The position numbers were made by a program, and so were the translations under genes. The notes under the pieces were generated by a model that was not told the origin of the DNA, did no database searches, and saw only the letters and a program-made list of their open reading frames with translations. A stretch of DNA of 51,416 nucleotides, taken from an uncultured Dehalococcoidia bacterium. GTDB lineage: Bacteria > Chloroflexota > Dehalococcoidia > Lucifugimonadales > UBA3495. Shown one piece after another: positions 33,604 through 44,684 of this stretch. How positions within the stretch are numbered: the first letter of the stretch is position 1; each line of letters opens with the position of its first letter. The stretch spans positions 1-51,416 of the forward strand of contig CATMOE010000023.1 in assembly GCA_950072105.1 (NCBI GenBank), in the 5' to 3' direction.

Positions 33604-34413
33604 ATGCCGTATCTACAGTTAAACGGAACTCGGTTCCATTACCATCTCGACGATTTTACCGAGCCCTGGCAGGATAAAAGTGTTGTATTGCTGCACCATG
33701 CGGCGGCGGGAAACCTGCACCGATGGCGGGCTTGGGTGCCTACGCTGGCTCGCCACCACCGGGTACTCCGCTTCGACATGCGGGGCCATGCCGGCACGCA
33801 GCCTCCTCCCACGGGGGCCTTCTCGCTACCGGGATTGGCTGCCGACATCGCCGCGGTATTGGACGGCCTGGAGATCGAGAAGGTGCACCTGGTAGGAGCC
33901 TCCGCCGGTGGCATCGTCAGCCTGCGCTTCGCCCACGACTTCCCGCAGCGGCTCCATAGTCTCAGCCTGGTGGCCTCCACCCCCAAACTGGCTCAGATGG
34001 GAGCGGGAATCGACGCCGCAGTGTGGCGCCGGACGCTTGAGGAAGAAGGAACCGAGGCCTGGTTGCTGTCCGATGCCCAGAAAAGGTTCGGTCCTCAGGC
34101 CGAACCCGGCCTGATAAAGTGGTACGCCGCCGAAGGAGGAAAAACCCAGGCCGAAGTAGTCTTGGCCCTTCAAGGCTGTCTCTTGCAAGAGGACCTCACC
34201 CCGCTGCTGCCCCATATCCCGGCCCCAACCCTGATCTTGGCGGCTGCCCAGGACGAGATTACTCCCCCAGAAGTCCAACGTCTGATGGCCGAACTGATGC
34301 CAAACGCCCGATTGCGGACCTTCGAAGGCGTGGGCCACAACATGAAGGTGGAGATTCCTGACCTGCTGGCGGGGAGTGTGCGTGATTTCATCGGGGAGAT
34401 TGAATCCGCCTAA
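33604..34413 (+). CDS. Alpha/beta-fold hydrolase
   Basis: FDMRGHA, HLVGASAGG nucleophile elbow, D..TP, GVGH. Confidence 0.92.
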   Translation: MPYLQLNGTRFHYHLDDFTEPWQDKSVVLLHHAAAGNLHRWRAWVPTLARHHRVLRFDMRGHAGTQPPPTGAFSLPGLAADIAAVLDGLEIEKVHLVGASAGGIVSLRFAHDFPQRLHSLSLVASTPKLAQMGAGIDAAVWRRTLEEEGTEAWLLSDAQKRFGPQAEPGLIKWYAAEGGKTQAEVVLALQGCLLQEDLTPLLPHIPAPTLILAAAQDEITPPEVQRLMAELMPNARLRTFEGVGHNMKVEIPDLLAGSVRDFIGEIESA

Positions 34414-34497
34414 TCAGGCAACGCCTGGGCTGAGTGGGCCGGACGGGTGGTCAACATAATTTTGGTGGATCCAAGCGCGGCCAAGAGGAGGCTACCG

Positions 34498-35904
34498 ATG
34501 AGCGAGACACCTCTACACTTCAAAACAATCACCGAGTTGGCGGAGTTGATTAAGTCCAAGGAGCTATCGCCCGTGGAAGTCACGGACGCCATGCTCGACC
34601 GCATCCGGGAACGGGACCTACAATATAAGAGCTACGCAACCGTCATGGCCGAGCAGGCAAGGACATCCGCTCAGGCTGCGGAGCGGGCCATCTCCTCCGG
34701 AAACTATCTGGGACCGCTCCACGGGGTGCCCATCGCCGTCAAAGACCTGTGCTTCACCAAAGGCGTGAAGACGATGGGCGCCACCAAGGCTTTGATGAAT
34801 CATGTCCCGGATTTTGATTGCACGGTGGTCGAGAAGCTTAACGCCGCCGGTGCGATCATCTTGGGCAAGCTAAACCTCACTGAGGGCGCCATGGCTGGTT
34901 ACAACCCTGAGTTTCAGGTGCCGATAAACCCCTGGGGCGCAAACCTCTGGAGCGGCGCCTCTTCCAGCGGCTCCGGCGTAGCTACGTCGGCAGGGCTGTG
35001 TTTCGGGTCGTTGGGAAGCGATACCGGCGGTTCCATCAGATTTCCCTCTGCCGCCTGTGGCATCGTGGGGATCAAGCCCACCTGGGGGAGAGTCAGCCGC
35101 TACGGCGTGTTTGCCTTGGCCGAATCCTTGGACCACATCGGCCCGATGACTCGCAGCGCAGCCGATGCCGGAATAATGCTTCAGGCCATCGCCGGCTTGG
35201 ACCCGAACGACCCCACGTCTTTGCCCGCCGCGGTGCCAGACATGTTGGAGGGAATCGACCAGGGTGTCCGGGGTCTCCGCATCGGCTTGGACGAAGAATA
35301 CATCTCCGGCGACACAGACCCGGAGTTGGTGGAAAGCGTGTTGGCGGGTATCCGAGTTATGGAAGGACTGGGCGCCGAGATAGTCCCGATAAAAATCCCC
35401 GATATCAGCGGCTATATGGACGCGTGGGGAGTGCTTTGCGCTTCGGAGGCGTTGGCCGCCCACGAGGCAACCTATCCTTCACGCCGTGACGATTACGGAC
35501 CCTGGTTCCAAGGCTGGTTAGACATGGGCGCGGCGGTCACCGGGGCCGAATATGCCAAGGCTAATAACGTACGCTCGGCCTGCCGTGGCCTCTTGGCCAA
35601 CGTCTTCGAGAATATCGACGTAATCGGCTGCCCCACTATGACCCGGCCTCCCTTCCCCATCACCTTGGAGGAGATGTACGGGCCCTCGTTCTTACTGGAC
35701 GACGGCAACTGGGGGCGATTCACCGTGCCCTACGATTTCAGCGGCGCTCCTACCATATCCTTACCGTGTGGCCAGAACAGCGACGGGCTGCCCCTAAGTC
35801 TGCAGTTCGTGGGAAAGCACCTTTCCGAGCCATTGTTGTGCCGGATAGGGTATACGTTTGAACAGAACACCCAGTGGCACAACCTGCGTCCGGATATCGA
35901 CTGA
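34498..35904 (+). CDS. Amidase signature family enzyme
   Basis: GPLHGVPIAVKDL, GASSSGSG, GSDTGGSIRFPS, GLPLSLQ. Confidence 0.95.
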   Translation: MSETPLHFKTITELAELIKSKELSPVEVTDAMLDRIRERDLQYKSYATVMAEQARTSAQAAERAISSGNYLGPLHGVPIAVKDLCFTKGVKTMGATKALMNHVPDFDCTVVEKLNAAGAIILGKLNLTEGAMAGYNPEFQVPINPWGANLWSGASSSGSGVATSAGLCFGSLGSDTGGSIRFPSAACGIVGIKPTWGRVSRYGVFALAESLDHIGPMTRSAADAGIMLQAIAGLDPNDPTSLPAAVPDMLEGIDQGVRGLRIGLDEEYISGDTDPELVESVLAGIRVMEGLGAEIVPIKIPDISGYMDAWGVLCASEALAAHEATYPSRRDDYGPWFQGWLDMGAAVTGAEYAKANNVRSACRGLLANVFENIDVIGCPTMTRPPFPITLEEMYGPSFLLDDGNWGRFTVPYDFSGAPTISLPCGQNSDGLPLSLQFVGKHLSEPLLCRIGYTFEQNTQWHNLRPDID

Positions 35905-35964
35905 GATCCACTGTGGCGCCGTCCGCGGACCGCCACCCATGGGTATCAACCGGATCCGGTTCTG

Positions 35965-35992
35965 AAGACCGCCATTAAGGTGGTCTTTTTTG
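35965..35992 (+). terminator. Intrinsic terminator after the amidase
   Basis: AAGACCGCC-ATTAA-GGTGGTCTTTTTT. Confidence 0.7.
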
Positions 35993-36060
35993 TTTGTCCG
36001 GTTCTGGCATAATAGAGCCGTCGCCGCCTCAGAAAGCCGCACTAGGGAGAAGGGGGATCG

Positions 36061-39000
36061 ATGGCGCTTGTCACAGAGCCTTTGGACTCCCGTGCGCGCG
36101 AACGTCTGTTTACCCTGGTAGAGGATTTCAAGGGCGGCGATCCCCTGGCTCCGGTCACCGTCATTGTCCCATCGACTTACGCCGGCTTGGACTTGCGCCA
36201 TGATCTGGGACGCCTTGGCAGCACCAATGTGTACATTATCGGACTCTCCCGGCTTGCCGAGCTGTTGGGAGCCCCCTCCCTGGCCGCACAGGGGCGTCGC
36301 CCACTCACTCCTCTCGTGGAAGCCGCCGCGGTCCGGGCCGTTGCATCTGAGGCCGGGGGGCCTCTAGAACCGGTACGGCAGCATCCCGCCCTGAACCGCA
36401 CGCTGCAGTCCACGTTTCGCGAATTACGCCATGCCGCTGAGGCGGGGCTTACCGCCCTAGCGGCCCAGGGCAGGCTCCGAGCCGAAGTCGTGCGCCTTTA
36501 TCGTCTCTTCCGTGAGCACACAGACCCTAAATACTACGACCGGGAAGCCTTGGCCCAGGCGGCGGCCCGATCGGTGCGGGACAACACAGCCACCGGATTA
36601 AAAGACCTGGGACCAGTGGTGTTCTACCTTGTGTCCGGCCTGACTCCGGGCGAGCAGGCGCTGGTGGAGGCGCTTGACGAGCAATGGTCCTGTGCCGTGG
36701 TCCTAGGACTTGCCGGTGATCCATCAGGAGATGGTCCCGTCCGCGCCCTGGGAGAAAGGCTTGGCCGGGTGCTAGGTCCATCCCAGGAGGGAGCGGAGCC
36801 GCGGTTGCCGCCCGTCTCCGGTCTTGTCATCGCGCCCGACCCCCATCAGGAGGTGCACTGGGTACTGCGGCGCCTGATGAAGGCCGCTGAAGAAGGCACG
36901 CCCTTCCATCGCATGGCCATCCTCTACCGCCAGTCCAACCCTTACGCCGCTCTGGTTCAGGAGGAACTGAGACTATCCGGAGTAGCCATGGCCGGGCCGG
37001 GGAACGTGAATCTGATCGACACGGCGGCAGGCCGCACCCTTCTGGGATTGATGCGGCTGGTGGGGAGGGACTTACCACGGAGCGAACTCATGGCATGGCT
37101 TACCAGTTGCCCTATCGCCGCTCCTGGTGAACCTCGCCCCGCCATTCAACCGTCGCACTGGGATGCCATTTCCCGGAAGGCGGGGGTTGTCGGCGGCCTG
37201 GACCAGTGGGAGCAGCGGCTCGACCGCTACGCTGGGGACATGGAGCGATTGGCGGAAGAGGGCCTTAGATCAGGAGACATGCCAGATGCCCGGACCGCCC
37301 GCTTGGAAGGCGAAGCGGCCGCCACCCGGTCGCTGTTGAGCTTTGTGACCGGTCTGGCCGGCCGATTGGAAGCGCCTCCCGACGGCAGTGGCTGGCCCGC
37401 CTTTTCCGGCTGGGCTCAGAACCTGCTTACGTCCTATCTAGACCGATCCACCGCCAACTTACGCGACGCGGAGGAAGCCGCGCTCACCCGCGTTGAAGAG
37501 ACATTGCGAGAGATGCGAACCCTGGACGACGTAGAGGCAGGCCCGTCCTTCGACGGGTTCTTCTTAGCGCTGGAAGGGGCCTTGGCCAGTCCGATAGGTC
37601 ACCTGGGCCAGACAGGCCGGGGTGTATTCGTCGCGCCACTGAATACGGCCCTGGGCATGAGATTTGACCTGGTATGCGTGGTGGGAATGGTGGAAGGGGC
37701 GATGCCGCCGCGTCAACCCGACGACCCTCTGTTGCCCGACCGGGAAAGGCAGCGGGCCGGGGGCCCTTCCGCGGGACTACCATTGCGAGGCGGGCGGGAG
37801 GCCGACGAACGCTACGCCTACCTGGCTGCCCTAGCGGCGGGTGACCAATGCGTCCTCTCTTTCCCTCAAGGTAATCCCGGGTCGCAACGCGGCCAGTTCC
37901 CCTCCCGCTGGTTCCTGGAGGCGGCGACACAGTTACACGGCGCCCCAGTGTACACCTCGAACCTGAGGGCGATAGGACCCGTCCCTTGGCTAACCACCGT
38001 GGCATCCATGGAAGACGGGCTGCGGACCGTGGCCACGGAGTCGGCGGCCGACATCCACGACCGTGACGTCGAAGGCTTGTGGCGGTGGCGCCGCGCCGGG
38101 ATGCCGATGGAACAGCACCATCTGGCCGCATCGGGGCAACTGTCCCGTGCCTTGAACTTGGAACAGGGCAGAGAGGCCCGTCAACTGACCCATTGGGACG
38201 GCGATGTTTCCATCTTGAAAGGCCGGACGCGCCGGTTGAGGCTCCTGGACCGGCCCGCCCTGTCTCCCACCAGTCTGGAAACGTGGGCTACGTGCCCCTT
38301 CCGCTACCTCATGAGCAACGTACTGGGCGTGGCTGCATTGGAGCAGCCCGAGGACGTGGCGACCATGTCTCCTCTGGAGAAGGGGTCGCTGGTACACGGA
38401 GTCCTAGAGAGCTTCATCCGCGGCGGGCAGAAAGAAAGAAGCCTTCCCACTCCCGAGGAACCCTGGAGCGAGGAGCATCGGAACCGATTGCGACACCTGG
38501 CCCTCGAGTCGTTCGCCGACGCCGAGGAACGGGGGGTGACCGGAAAGGCACTCCTCTGGGAACTGCAGCAAGAGGCCATCCTGTCGGACCTGGACGAGTT
38601 CTTGTCGGCAGACGCCGGCCTGCGGGAACGCTTCGGGGTGACTCCCCATCTGGTGGAGGTGCGGTTCGGATTGCCGGGTTCCTCCGGAGGAGAGCCGGGC
38701 TTGGAGGCCGCCCAGCGGGATATTCCGGGGGTAGGGATTCTTCGCTTTCGAGGCGTCGCGGACCGGGTCGATCTAGACCCATCGGGTAAGTTGGCCCTGG
38801 TGCTGGACTACAAGACGGGTAGCACGAGAAGTTATCGATCGATGAAAGATGATCCCGTCGCCGGTGGAAAGCGCCTGCAACTCCCCATCTACACCATCGC
38901 CCTCCAGAATAGCCTTGGCACCGATGTCACCGTCCGAGCCGCCTACTGGTTCGTCAGCGCCTCCGGACGATTCGAGATTATCCCGCCGGAGCCGGTGGAG

Positions 39001-39252
39001 ATGGCCGAGGTGGCGAAGCGCTTCGACAGCGTTGTCGGTACTATTGCCCAGGGTATCGCTGAAGGCCTGTTTCCGGCCAATCCAGGCACGGAAGACCGGA
39101 ATGGCTTCTCCAATTGCAACTATTGTGACTTTAACACCCTGTGCCCCAGCCGGCGGGACATCCACTGGGAGCGGAAGCAGGCCGACTCCCGTTTGCAGGC
39201 GTACCTGCAGATGCAGAGCGGCGAGGCGGACAAAGCGGAAGGCGAATGTTGA
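36061..39252 (+). CDS. AddB/AdnA-like subunit: degenerate helicase fold + PD-(D/E)XK nuclease with Fe-S cysteines
   Basis: LSPTSLE....CPFRY, G.ADRVD, LDYKTG, LQLPIY, C..CDF...C. Confidence 0.88.
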   Translation: MALVTEPLDSRARERLFTLVEDFKGGDPLAPVTVIVPSTYAGLDLRHDLGRLGSTNVYIIGLSRLAELLGAPSLAAQGRRPLTPLVEAAAVRAVASEAGGPLEPVRQHPALNRTLQSTFRELRHAAEAGLTALAAQGRLRAEVVRLYRLFREHTDPKYYDREALAQAAARSVRDNTATGLKDLGPVVFYLVSGLTPGEQALVEALDEQWSCAVVLGLAGDPSGDGPVRALGERLGRVLGPSQEGAEPRLPPVSGLVIAPDPHQEVHWVLRRLMKAAEEGTPFHRMAILYRQSNPYAALVQEELRLSGVAMAGPGNVNLIDTAAGRTLLGLMRLVGRDLPRSELMAWLTSCPIAAPGEPRPAIQPSHWDAISRKAGVVGGLDQWEQRLDRYAGDMERLAEEGLRSGDMPDARTARLEGEAAATRSLLSFVTGLAGRLEAPPDGSGWPAFSGWAQNLLTSYLDRSTANLRDAEEAALTRVEETLREMRTLDDVEAGPSFDGFFLALEGALASPIGHLGQTGRGVFVAPLNTALGMRFDLVCVVGMVEGAMPPRQPDDPLLPDRERQRAGGPSAGLPLRGGREADERYAYLAALAAGDQCVLSFPQGNPGSQRGQFPSRWFLEAATQLHGAPVYTSNLRAIGPVPWLTTVASMEDGLRTVATESAADIHDRDVEGLWRWRRAGMPMEQHHLAASGQLSRALNLEQGREARQLTHWDGDVSILKGRTRRLRLLDRPALSPTSLETWATCPFRYLMSNVLGVAALEQPEDVATMSPLEKGSLVHGVLESFIRGGQKERSLPTPEEPWSEEHRNRLRHLALESFADAEERGVTGKALLWELQQEAILSDLDEFLSADAGLRERFGVTPHLVEVRFGLPGSSGGEPGLEAAQRDIPGVGILRFRGVADRVDLDPSGKLALVLDYKTGSTRSYRSMKDDPVAGGKRLQLPIYTIALQNSLGTDVTVRAAYWFVSASGRFEIIPPEPVEMAEVAKRFDSVVGTIAQGIAEGLFPANPGTEDRNGFSNCNYCDFNTLCPSRRDIHWERKQADSRLQAYLQMQSGEADKAEGEC

Positions 39253-42200
39253 GCGGCTCATTCGTTCCCCAGGACCAGGACGTACGCCGCCGCATCCAGG
39301 AGGCACTAGAAGAGAATTTCTTCGTGGAAGCGGGCGCGGGCACCGGCAAGACATCGAGCCTGGTGGACCGCATCGTCGCGCTGGTAGCCTCTGGGCGGGC
39401 CTCGCTGGACCAAGTGGCGGCCATCACCTTCACCGAGTCCGCGGCGTCGGAACTGCGGGACCGTATCCGGGAGTCCCTGGAGCGGGCGGCCGCCGATCCG
39501 GAGCGGCCTATAGAAGAGCAAGCCCGCTGCACCCAAGGCGTGGCCGACCTGGACCGGGCTGCTATCCAGACCCTTCACAGCTTCGCCGGGAGCTTGTTGC
39601 GGGAGCGGCCCTTGGAAGCCGGACTTCCTCCAGCGTTCGAGGCGCTGGACCAGATCTCCGCCGACATGGGCTTCAGAGAAGCTTGGGGTACGTGGCTGGA
39701 CAATGCCCTGGATGACTCCGGCCTTAGGCCGTCTTTACGCATAGCGCTTTCCCTGGGGCTGACGCTGGGCCATCTCCAACAGGTGGCCGCGAGCTTCCAC
39801 GGCAATTACGACCTCTTGGAGGACGCCTCCTTCCCCGAGCCGCCACCATCCCGACCCCACGCGGCCGCGGCGTTGATCGCGGAATCCCATGAACTGGAGC
39901 GCCTCTGTGCCTTTGCGAAAAACGACGCCGACCCCCTGGAGGCTCACGTTCGAAGCGTCTCCGGTGTGGCGCAGCGCCTACGAGGTATGGACCTTGAATC
40001 GGTGGCGGCTTGGCGGGTGCTATCCGAAAGCCTTCCTTTACGACATCCGAGAGGCCGTGTAGGCGATTGGGAAACCGATCCCGATTCCCAGCAGAACGCT
40101 TGCACCCGCCTCAAGGCACTGCTTCTCGAGTTGGATGGTCAGGCGCGCGAAGACTTGGACACAGTTCGGGCGGGATGCCTCATGCCGCTGCTACGAGCCG
40201 TGCGAGAGTTCGTCCTGGAATACGCCAAGGAGCGGAAACGGGAGGGGAAGGCCGAGTTTCAGGATCTGCTGGTCTGGGCCCGCGATCTCCTGCGGGACGA
40301 TCTGGAAGTCCGGGACCACTTCCGGGAACGCTACAGCCATGTCTTGGTGGATGAAGCCCAGGACACCGACCCCATCCAGGCCGAGATCGCGACATTCTTG
40401 GCGGAAGATGTGCCGCCGGGGACCCCCTCCCAGAACCGCTCCAACCGGTGGACCGATATCCCCCTGGCCCCCGGCAAGTTGTTCGTTGTTGGGGATCCCA
40501 AACAGTCCATCTACCGCTTCCGGCGCGCCGACGTGGAAGTGATGGCGCGCTTCCAGGCTCTCATCACGGAAGAGCCTTTGCGGTTGGTGCAGAATTTTCG
40601 TTCCCAGCGGCCGGTTGTAGCCTGGGTCAATCACCTGTTTCAGGGATCGATGAAGGGCGGCAACGGCCAAGCGGACTACGTCCCCATCATCCACCGGTGG
40701 GAGCCACGTACGGACCATCCTAAACCTCCGTCGGTGTGGGCGTTGGGCGGGCCACTGGAGGCAAGAAACGTCGGACCGGTGCGCCGCCAAGAAGCGGCCG
40801 GCATGGCCTCCTTGTTGCAAAGCATCAAGGCCGAAGAATGGCCGGTGATGGATCGAGAGGCCACGGAGCAAGACGGTGTTGAGCACTTCAGACCGGCACA
40901 GTTCAAAGACATCTGCATACTGATGCCCCAACGCAGCGCGTTGCGGTTATTGGAGTTGGCCCTGGAAGACGCCGGCGTTCCCTACCGTTTGGAAGGCGCC
41001 TCACTGGTGTTCGGTACCCAGGAGGTACGGGACCTTCTAAATTGCCTCAGAGCCTTGGACGACCCAGCGGACCAGGTGGCCCTAGTCGCGGCGCTACGCT
41101 CTCCCGCCCTGGCCTGCTCCGACGCCGACCTCCTGGAATTCGTCGACGCCGGTGGACGGTTGGAACTCCTGGCCGGCGGCAATCCAACTGATGGCCCGGT
41201 AGCTGAAGCCATGGACGTCCTACGCCGATACCACGAACAGCGCATGTGGACACCGGCCGCTTCGCTGATCGAAGAATTCGTGCGGGAGCGGCGGCTTTTG
41301 GAGGCTGCCTTGGGTGCGCCGAGACCCCGGGAGCGTTGGCGGCGTTACGCATTCTTGGTGGGTCAAGCCCGGGTATTCACCGAAGCCGGAAGGAGTTCCC
41401 TGCGCGCCTTCCTGGAGTGGGCGGCCACTCAGGAAGAGGAGGGGGCTCGGGTGACTGAAGTGCCCGTTCCCGAGACGGACGAGGACGCCGTGCGGATAAT
41501 GACGGTCCATGGCGCCAAGGGGCTGGAATTCCCCATCGTCATTCTGACCGCCCTCAACTTTGAGCCCCGGACGCGAGTCGATAACGTACTATTTGACCGG
41601 GAGCAAGGCAACGCCGAAGTCAGGCTTGGTCCGGCTGACGCGCGATTTCAGACGCCGGGTTACGAAGTCTTGGCACAAAGGGAAGGGGAACTGAGCCTGG
41701 CGGAAGACGTCAGGTTGATGTACGTCGCAGCCACCAGGTCCAGGGACCACTTGGTGCTCAGCCTATACCGGACAGCCAAGGATCAAAAATCCAGGGCGGC
41801 GTTGATCGCGGCGCTTATGGAAGACGCCGATGACCTATGGCGGCCGGCCTCTATCACTCAGGCGGCGGCTCCGGCAGTTTCCCTGGAGACTGAACCGCCG
41901 GAGCCCGATGACACCCCAGAGGCGAGGCAGCAGTGGATCGAAGACCGGGCGCAGTTGCTTCGGGAACGGGCTCGACCGTCGTCCGTGGCGGCCACCGCTC
42001 TGGCCCAGGTTGTCAAAGATGAGGCCGATTCCCCGGAGGAACCGTGGCGCCGCGGCCGCGCCGGCACCAACGTGGGCCGGGCGGTGCATGCCGTCCTCCA
42101 ATCGGTGGACTTGGCCAGCGGGCAAGGCCTAGAGGACACGGCCCGGGCTCAGGCTGCCGCCGAGGGAGTTCCCCAACGAGAGGCGGAGATCGTCAGTTTG

Positions 42201-42572
42201 GTCCGCGTCGCCCTGGAAAGCGAGACGGTTAAGCGTGCCGTGGCCTCGGGGCGCTGGTGGCGAGAGGTACCCGTGGGCGCGCCGGTGGGAGAGACTGTGC
42301 TGGAAGGGTTCATCGACCTTCTCTTTGAGGAGGAGGGCGACCTAGTGGTGGTGGACTACAAGACGGACAGCCTTGAGACGGAAGAAGAGATCGCCGAAAG
42401 GTCAGGGCACTACCGGATCCAGGCCGGAGCCTATGCTCTGGCCCTGCAGGAAGCGACAGGCTGTTCGGTCAAGGAGGTCGTCCTCCTATTCCTCCAACCA
42501 CGCCAAGAGGTCGTTATGCGGGACGTGCCGGCGCTTATGGACGAAGCTAGAGCTGCGTTGGCTGCGGTCTAA
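39246..42572 (+). CDS. AddA/AdnB-like UvrD helicase-nuclease
   Basis: VEAGAGTGKT, AITFT, VDEAQDT, VGDPKQSIYRFR, NFRS, MTVHGAKGLEF, YVAATR, G.IDL...VVDYKT. Confidence 0.92.
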   Translation: MLSGSFVPQDQDVRRRIQEALEENFFVEAGAGTGKTSSLVDRIVALVASGRASLDQVAAITFTESAASELRDRIRESLERAAADPERPIEEQARCTQGVADLDRAAIQTLHSFAGSLLRERPLEAGLPPAFEALDQISADMGFREAWGTWLDNALDDSGLRPSLRIALSLGLTLGHLQQVAASFHGNYDLLEDASFPEPPPSRPHAAAALIAESHELERLCAFAKNDADPLEAHVRSVSGVAQRLRGMDLESVAAWRVLSESLPLRHPRGRVGDWETDPDSQQNACTRLKALLLELDGQAREDLDTVRAGCLMPLLRAVREFVLEYAKERKREGKAEFQDLLVWARDLLRDDLEVRDHFRERYSHVLVDEAQDTDPIQAEIATFLAEDVPPGTPSQNRSNRWTDIPLAPGKLFVVGDPKQSIYRFRRADVEVMARFQALITEEPLRLVQNFRSQRPVVAWVNHLFQGSMKGGNGQADYVPIIHRWEPRTDHPKPPSVWALGGPLEARNVGPVRRQEAAGMASLLQSIKAEEWPVMDREATEQDGVEHFRPAQFKDICILMPQRSALRLLELALEDAGVPYRLEGASLVFGTQEVRDLLNCLRALDDPADQVALVAALRSPALACSDADLLEFVDAGGRLELLAGGNPTDGPVAEAMDVLRRYHEQRMWTPAASLIEEFVRERRLLEAALGAPRPRERWRRYAFLVGQARVFTEAGRSSLRAFLEWAATQEEEGARVTEVPVPETDEDAVRIMTVHGAKGLEFPIVILTALNFEPRTRVDNVLFDREQGNAEVRLGPADARFQTPGYEVLAQREGELSLAEDVRLMYVAATRSRDHLVLSLYRTAKDQKSRAALIAALMEDADDLWRPASITQAAAPAVSLETEPPEPDDTPEARQQWIEDRAQLLRERARPSSVAATALAQVVKDEADSPEEPWRRGRAGTNVGRAVHAVLQSVDLASGQGLEDTARAQAAAEGVPQREAEIVSLVRVALESETVKRAVASGRWWREVPVGAPVGETVLEGFIDLLFEEEGDLVVVDYKTDSLETEEEIAERSGHYRIQAGAYALALQEATGCSVKEVVLLFLQPRQEVVMRDVPALMDEARAALAAV

Positions 42573-42669
42573 GGGCAATGCGCCCTGACCTCCAGGCTCA
42601 CTTAGCCCAAATGTTGAACATGCGGGCCGCTGGATACAAATTATCTGACCGAAGCTAGCGGCAATCCGT

Positions 42670-43788
42670 CTACGTGTAAAGTTGGTTCACAGAACCGTAG
42701 CGGGCCGGGTTTAATTCCTTACCTTGTAGCCCCGGATGGTCCGGTCCGTAACGATGCGCCCGGAACACCCCGTTTACCGAGTTGGCCGGACCCCGGGAAG
42801 GCGCGTCGCCAAAGTAGGGGTTTATGTACTCCCAGACGATGGCCTTTTCGGGAGTCACTTCAAAGATGCGGCCGGGAGCCCCTTCACAGATCAGCGTGTT
42901 GCCGTTGGGTTGGCGCTCGGCGCTGCTGATGTTGTAGCTGTAGAACGAAATGTCAGGCGTGCCCTGATATTCCCACGCGATCTGGTTGGTTGCTGGGTCC
43001 ACTTCCACGATGCGCGAACGGCTTGCTCCCCGCCGGTGGCAGCCATTATCGAACATCAACACCCGGCCGTTGTCCAAGAAGGTTGGGTGATGCTGGTGGT
43101 TAACTTCGCCAGGACCCCACTTCCACTTGAACTCGCCGCTGGCCTTATCGACGATGCCAACGGTGCTGGTTTGCCGAAAGCTGACTAGCAAGTCGCCGTC
43201 CGACGTAACGTTCAGAGCATTTTGATGGGTTCGCTCACGGCGACGCTCTAGGAAGCAAATGACATCATCCTCGTCGCTCAGGTGCTCCCAAGACTTCCAC
43301 TCGTAAACCGTGGACCCATCCGGGGTAATCTCCTGAACCAAGTCTCCCAACATTTCTTGTGGGTCGCCGTCAGTCTCATATCCGCCTAATACACTATCTC
43401 TGACCTCGTCCGGTATCGGTTCCCACAATAAAACCAGCGTGTTTCCATTGGGCAAGCGCTGGAAATCATGGTGCAGCATGGAATTCCGGTAGGACCAGAC
43501 CACGTTGCCGTCCCAGTCCAGCTCTAATATCGCCCCCGACGCGCCCCCGAACCTCTCTTCACCCTCAATTACAGGTGGATGCGTCCGAAGCAGCAAGTTA
43601 CCGTTGGGTAGAAGGTACGGATAAGAGATACCTTCCTCCGAGTACCATCGGTGACAGATACGCCCTTCCATGTCTATAAGGTTGGCGTGATAGCCGCCCC
43701 GATTGGTGGAGAACAAGGTGTAACCCCGGTACGCCTGTTGCGGTGAACAGTGGATCAGCCCGGTTTTGTGATGAAGCGACCAGCCCAT
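42670..43788 (-). CDS. Aryl-sulfate sulfotransferase (ASST)-like beta-propeller
   Basis: ELDWDGNVVW, HHDF..LPNGN, THQNA, QHH, FDNG, SSAERQPNGNTLICEG. Confidence 0.85.
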   Translation of the reverse strand: MGWSLHHKTGLIHCSPQQAYRGYTLFSTNRGGYHANLIDMEGRICHRWYSEEGISYPYLLPNGNLLLRTHPPVIEGEERFGGASGAILELDWDGNVVWSYRNSMLHHDFQRLPNGNTLVLLWEPIPDEVRDSVLGGYETDGDPQEMLGDLVQEITPDGSTVYEWKSWEHLSDEDDVICFLERRRERTHQNALNVTSDGDLLVSFRQTSTVGIVDKASGEFKWKWGPGEVNHQHHPTFLDNGRVLMFDNGCHRRGASRSRIVEVDPATNQIAWEYQGTPDISFYSYNISSAERQPNGNTLICEGAPGRIFEVTPEKAIVWEYINPYFGDAPSRGPANSVNGVFRAHRYGPDHPGLQGKELNPARYGSVNQLYT

Positions 43789-43838
43789 ATTTACTCCTCT
43801 TCAAAGATAAAAACGGCAACGCCGCAAGTGGCTGCACC

Positions 43839-44684
43839 CTATGTCAGGACGCTGTCAGCTAATTGCTCCAGCTTCTCTAACATCCCTTCGCCTGAGTCAC
43901 GCGGTAGGGAAACGGTAACCCGATCAGCCCCAGCGATCTCTAACGCCCGGATAGAGTCCCTATCAGCCGGTACGTTACACACCATCAGCCTGATGGTCTT
44001 TGGGTCGCGCCCTGCCGCTTCCGCAAGCTCATCTAGAGTGGCCCGGCCCATCTTGACTTGCTCGGGAGTTACGCGCACCGGCATCCATCCGTCACCCCAA
44101 GCGGCTATACGTTTAAACACGTTGGGCGCGTTCCCGCCGAGAAAAACGGGGGGGTGGGGTTTCTGGATCGGCTTCGGGTTGCATCTGACCGGCGGGAAGT
44201 TGTAATACTTGCCATGGAACTCCGCTTCATCCTGGGTCCAGAGTTCTTTCATCGCCAGAATGGCCTCCCTGGTTTGCCCCCAACGATGTTCAAAGTCGCC
44301 GCCCATGATTTCGGTTTCCTCCAGGAGCCATCCAGCGCCGATACCAAATATGAATCGTCCGTTCGACAGCCGGTCTAGAGTGGCGATCTGTTTGGCCTGA
44401 AGTATTGGATTATGCTCCGGCACGAGGCTGATGGCGGTGCCCAGCTTGATGTGCTGGGTGACCGCCGATGCCCTGGCCAAGCCGATCAAAGGATCACCCG
44501 AGTCGCTCATGGAAAGGGGGATAGAGCCGTCCGCGGTCCCTCCGTAGCGCGAGGTCGTGTGTACTGGAACGATAGTGTGCTCGGGAAGCCAGAAGGACTC
44601 GAAGCCGAGGGACTCCGCTTTTTGGGCTAGGACCGCCACGTCTACCGAATCGGTGGATATACCTGTGGTGAGGCCAACATCCAT
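43839..44684 (-). CDS. LLM-class oxidoreductase, probably F420-dependent
   Basis: GFESFWLPEH, KLGT, AKQIATLDRLSNGRFIFGIGAGW..EE, PKPIQKPHPP. Confidence 0.9.
   Translation of the reverse strand: MDVGLTTGISTDSVDVAVLAQKAESLGFESFWLPEHTIVPVHTTSRYGGTADGSIPLSMSDSGDPLIGLARASAVTQHIKLGTAISLVPEHNPILQAKQIATLDRLSNGRFIFGIGAGWLLEETEIMGGDFEHRWGQTREAILAMKELWTQDEAEFHGKYYNFPPVRCNPKPIQKPHPPVFLGGNAPNVFKRIAAWGDGWMPVRVTPEQVKMGRATLDELAEAAGRDPKTIRLMVCNVPADRDSIRALEIAGADRVTVSLPRDSGEGMLEKLEQLADSVLT

Noticed and set aside
36061..42572. Helicase-nuclease pair as a novel defence system
   Set aside because: Domain order and motifs fit the AddAB/AdnAB-type recombination-repair family
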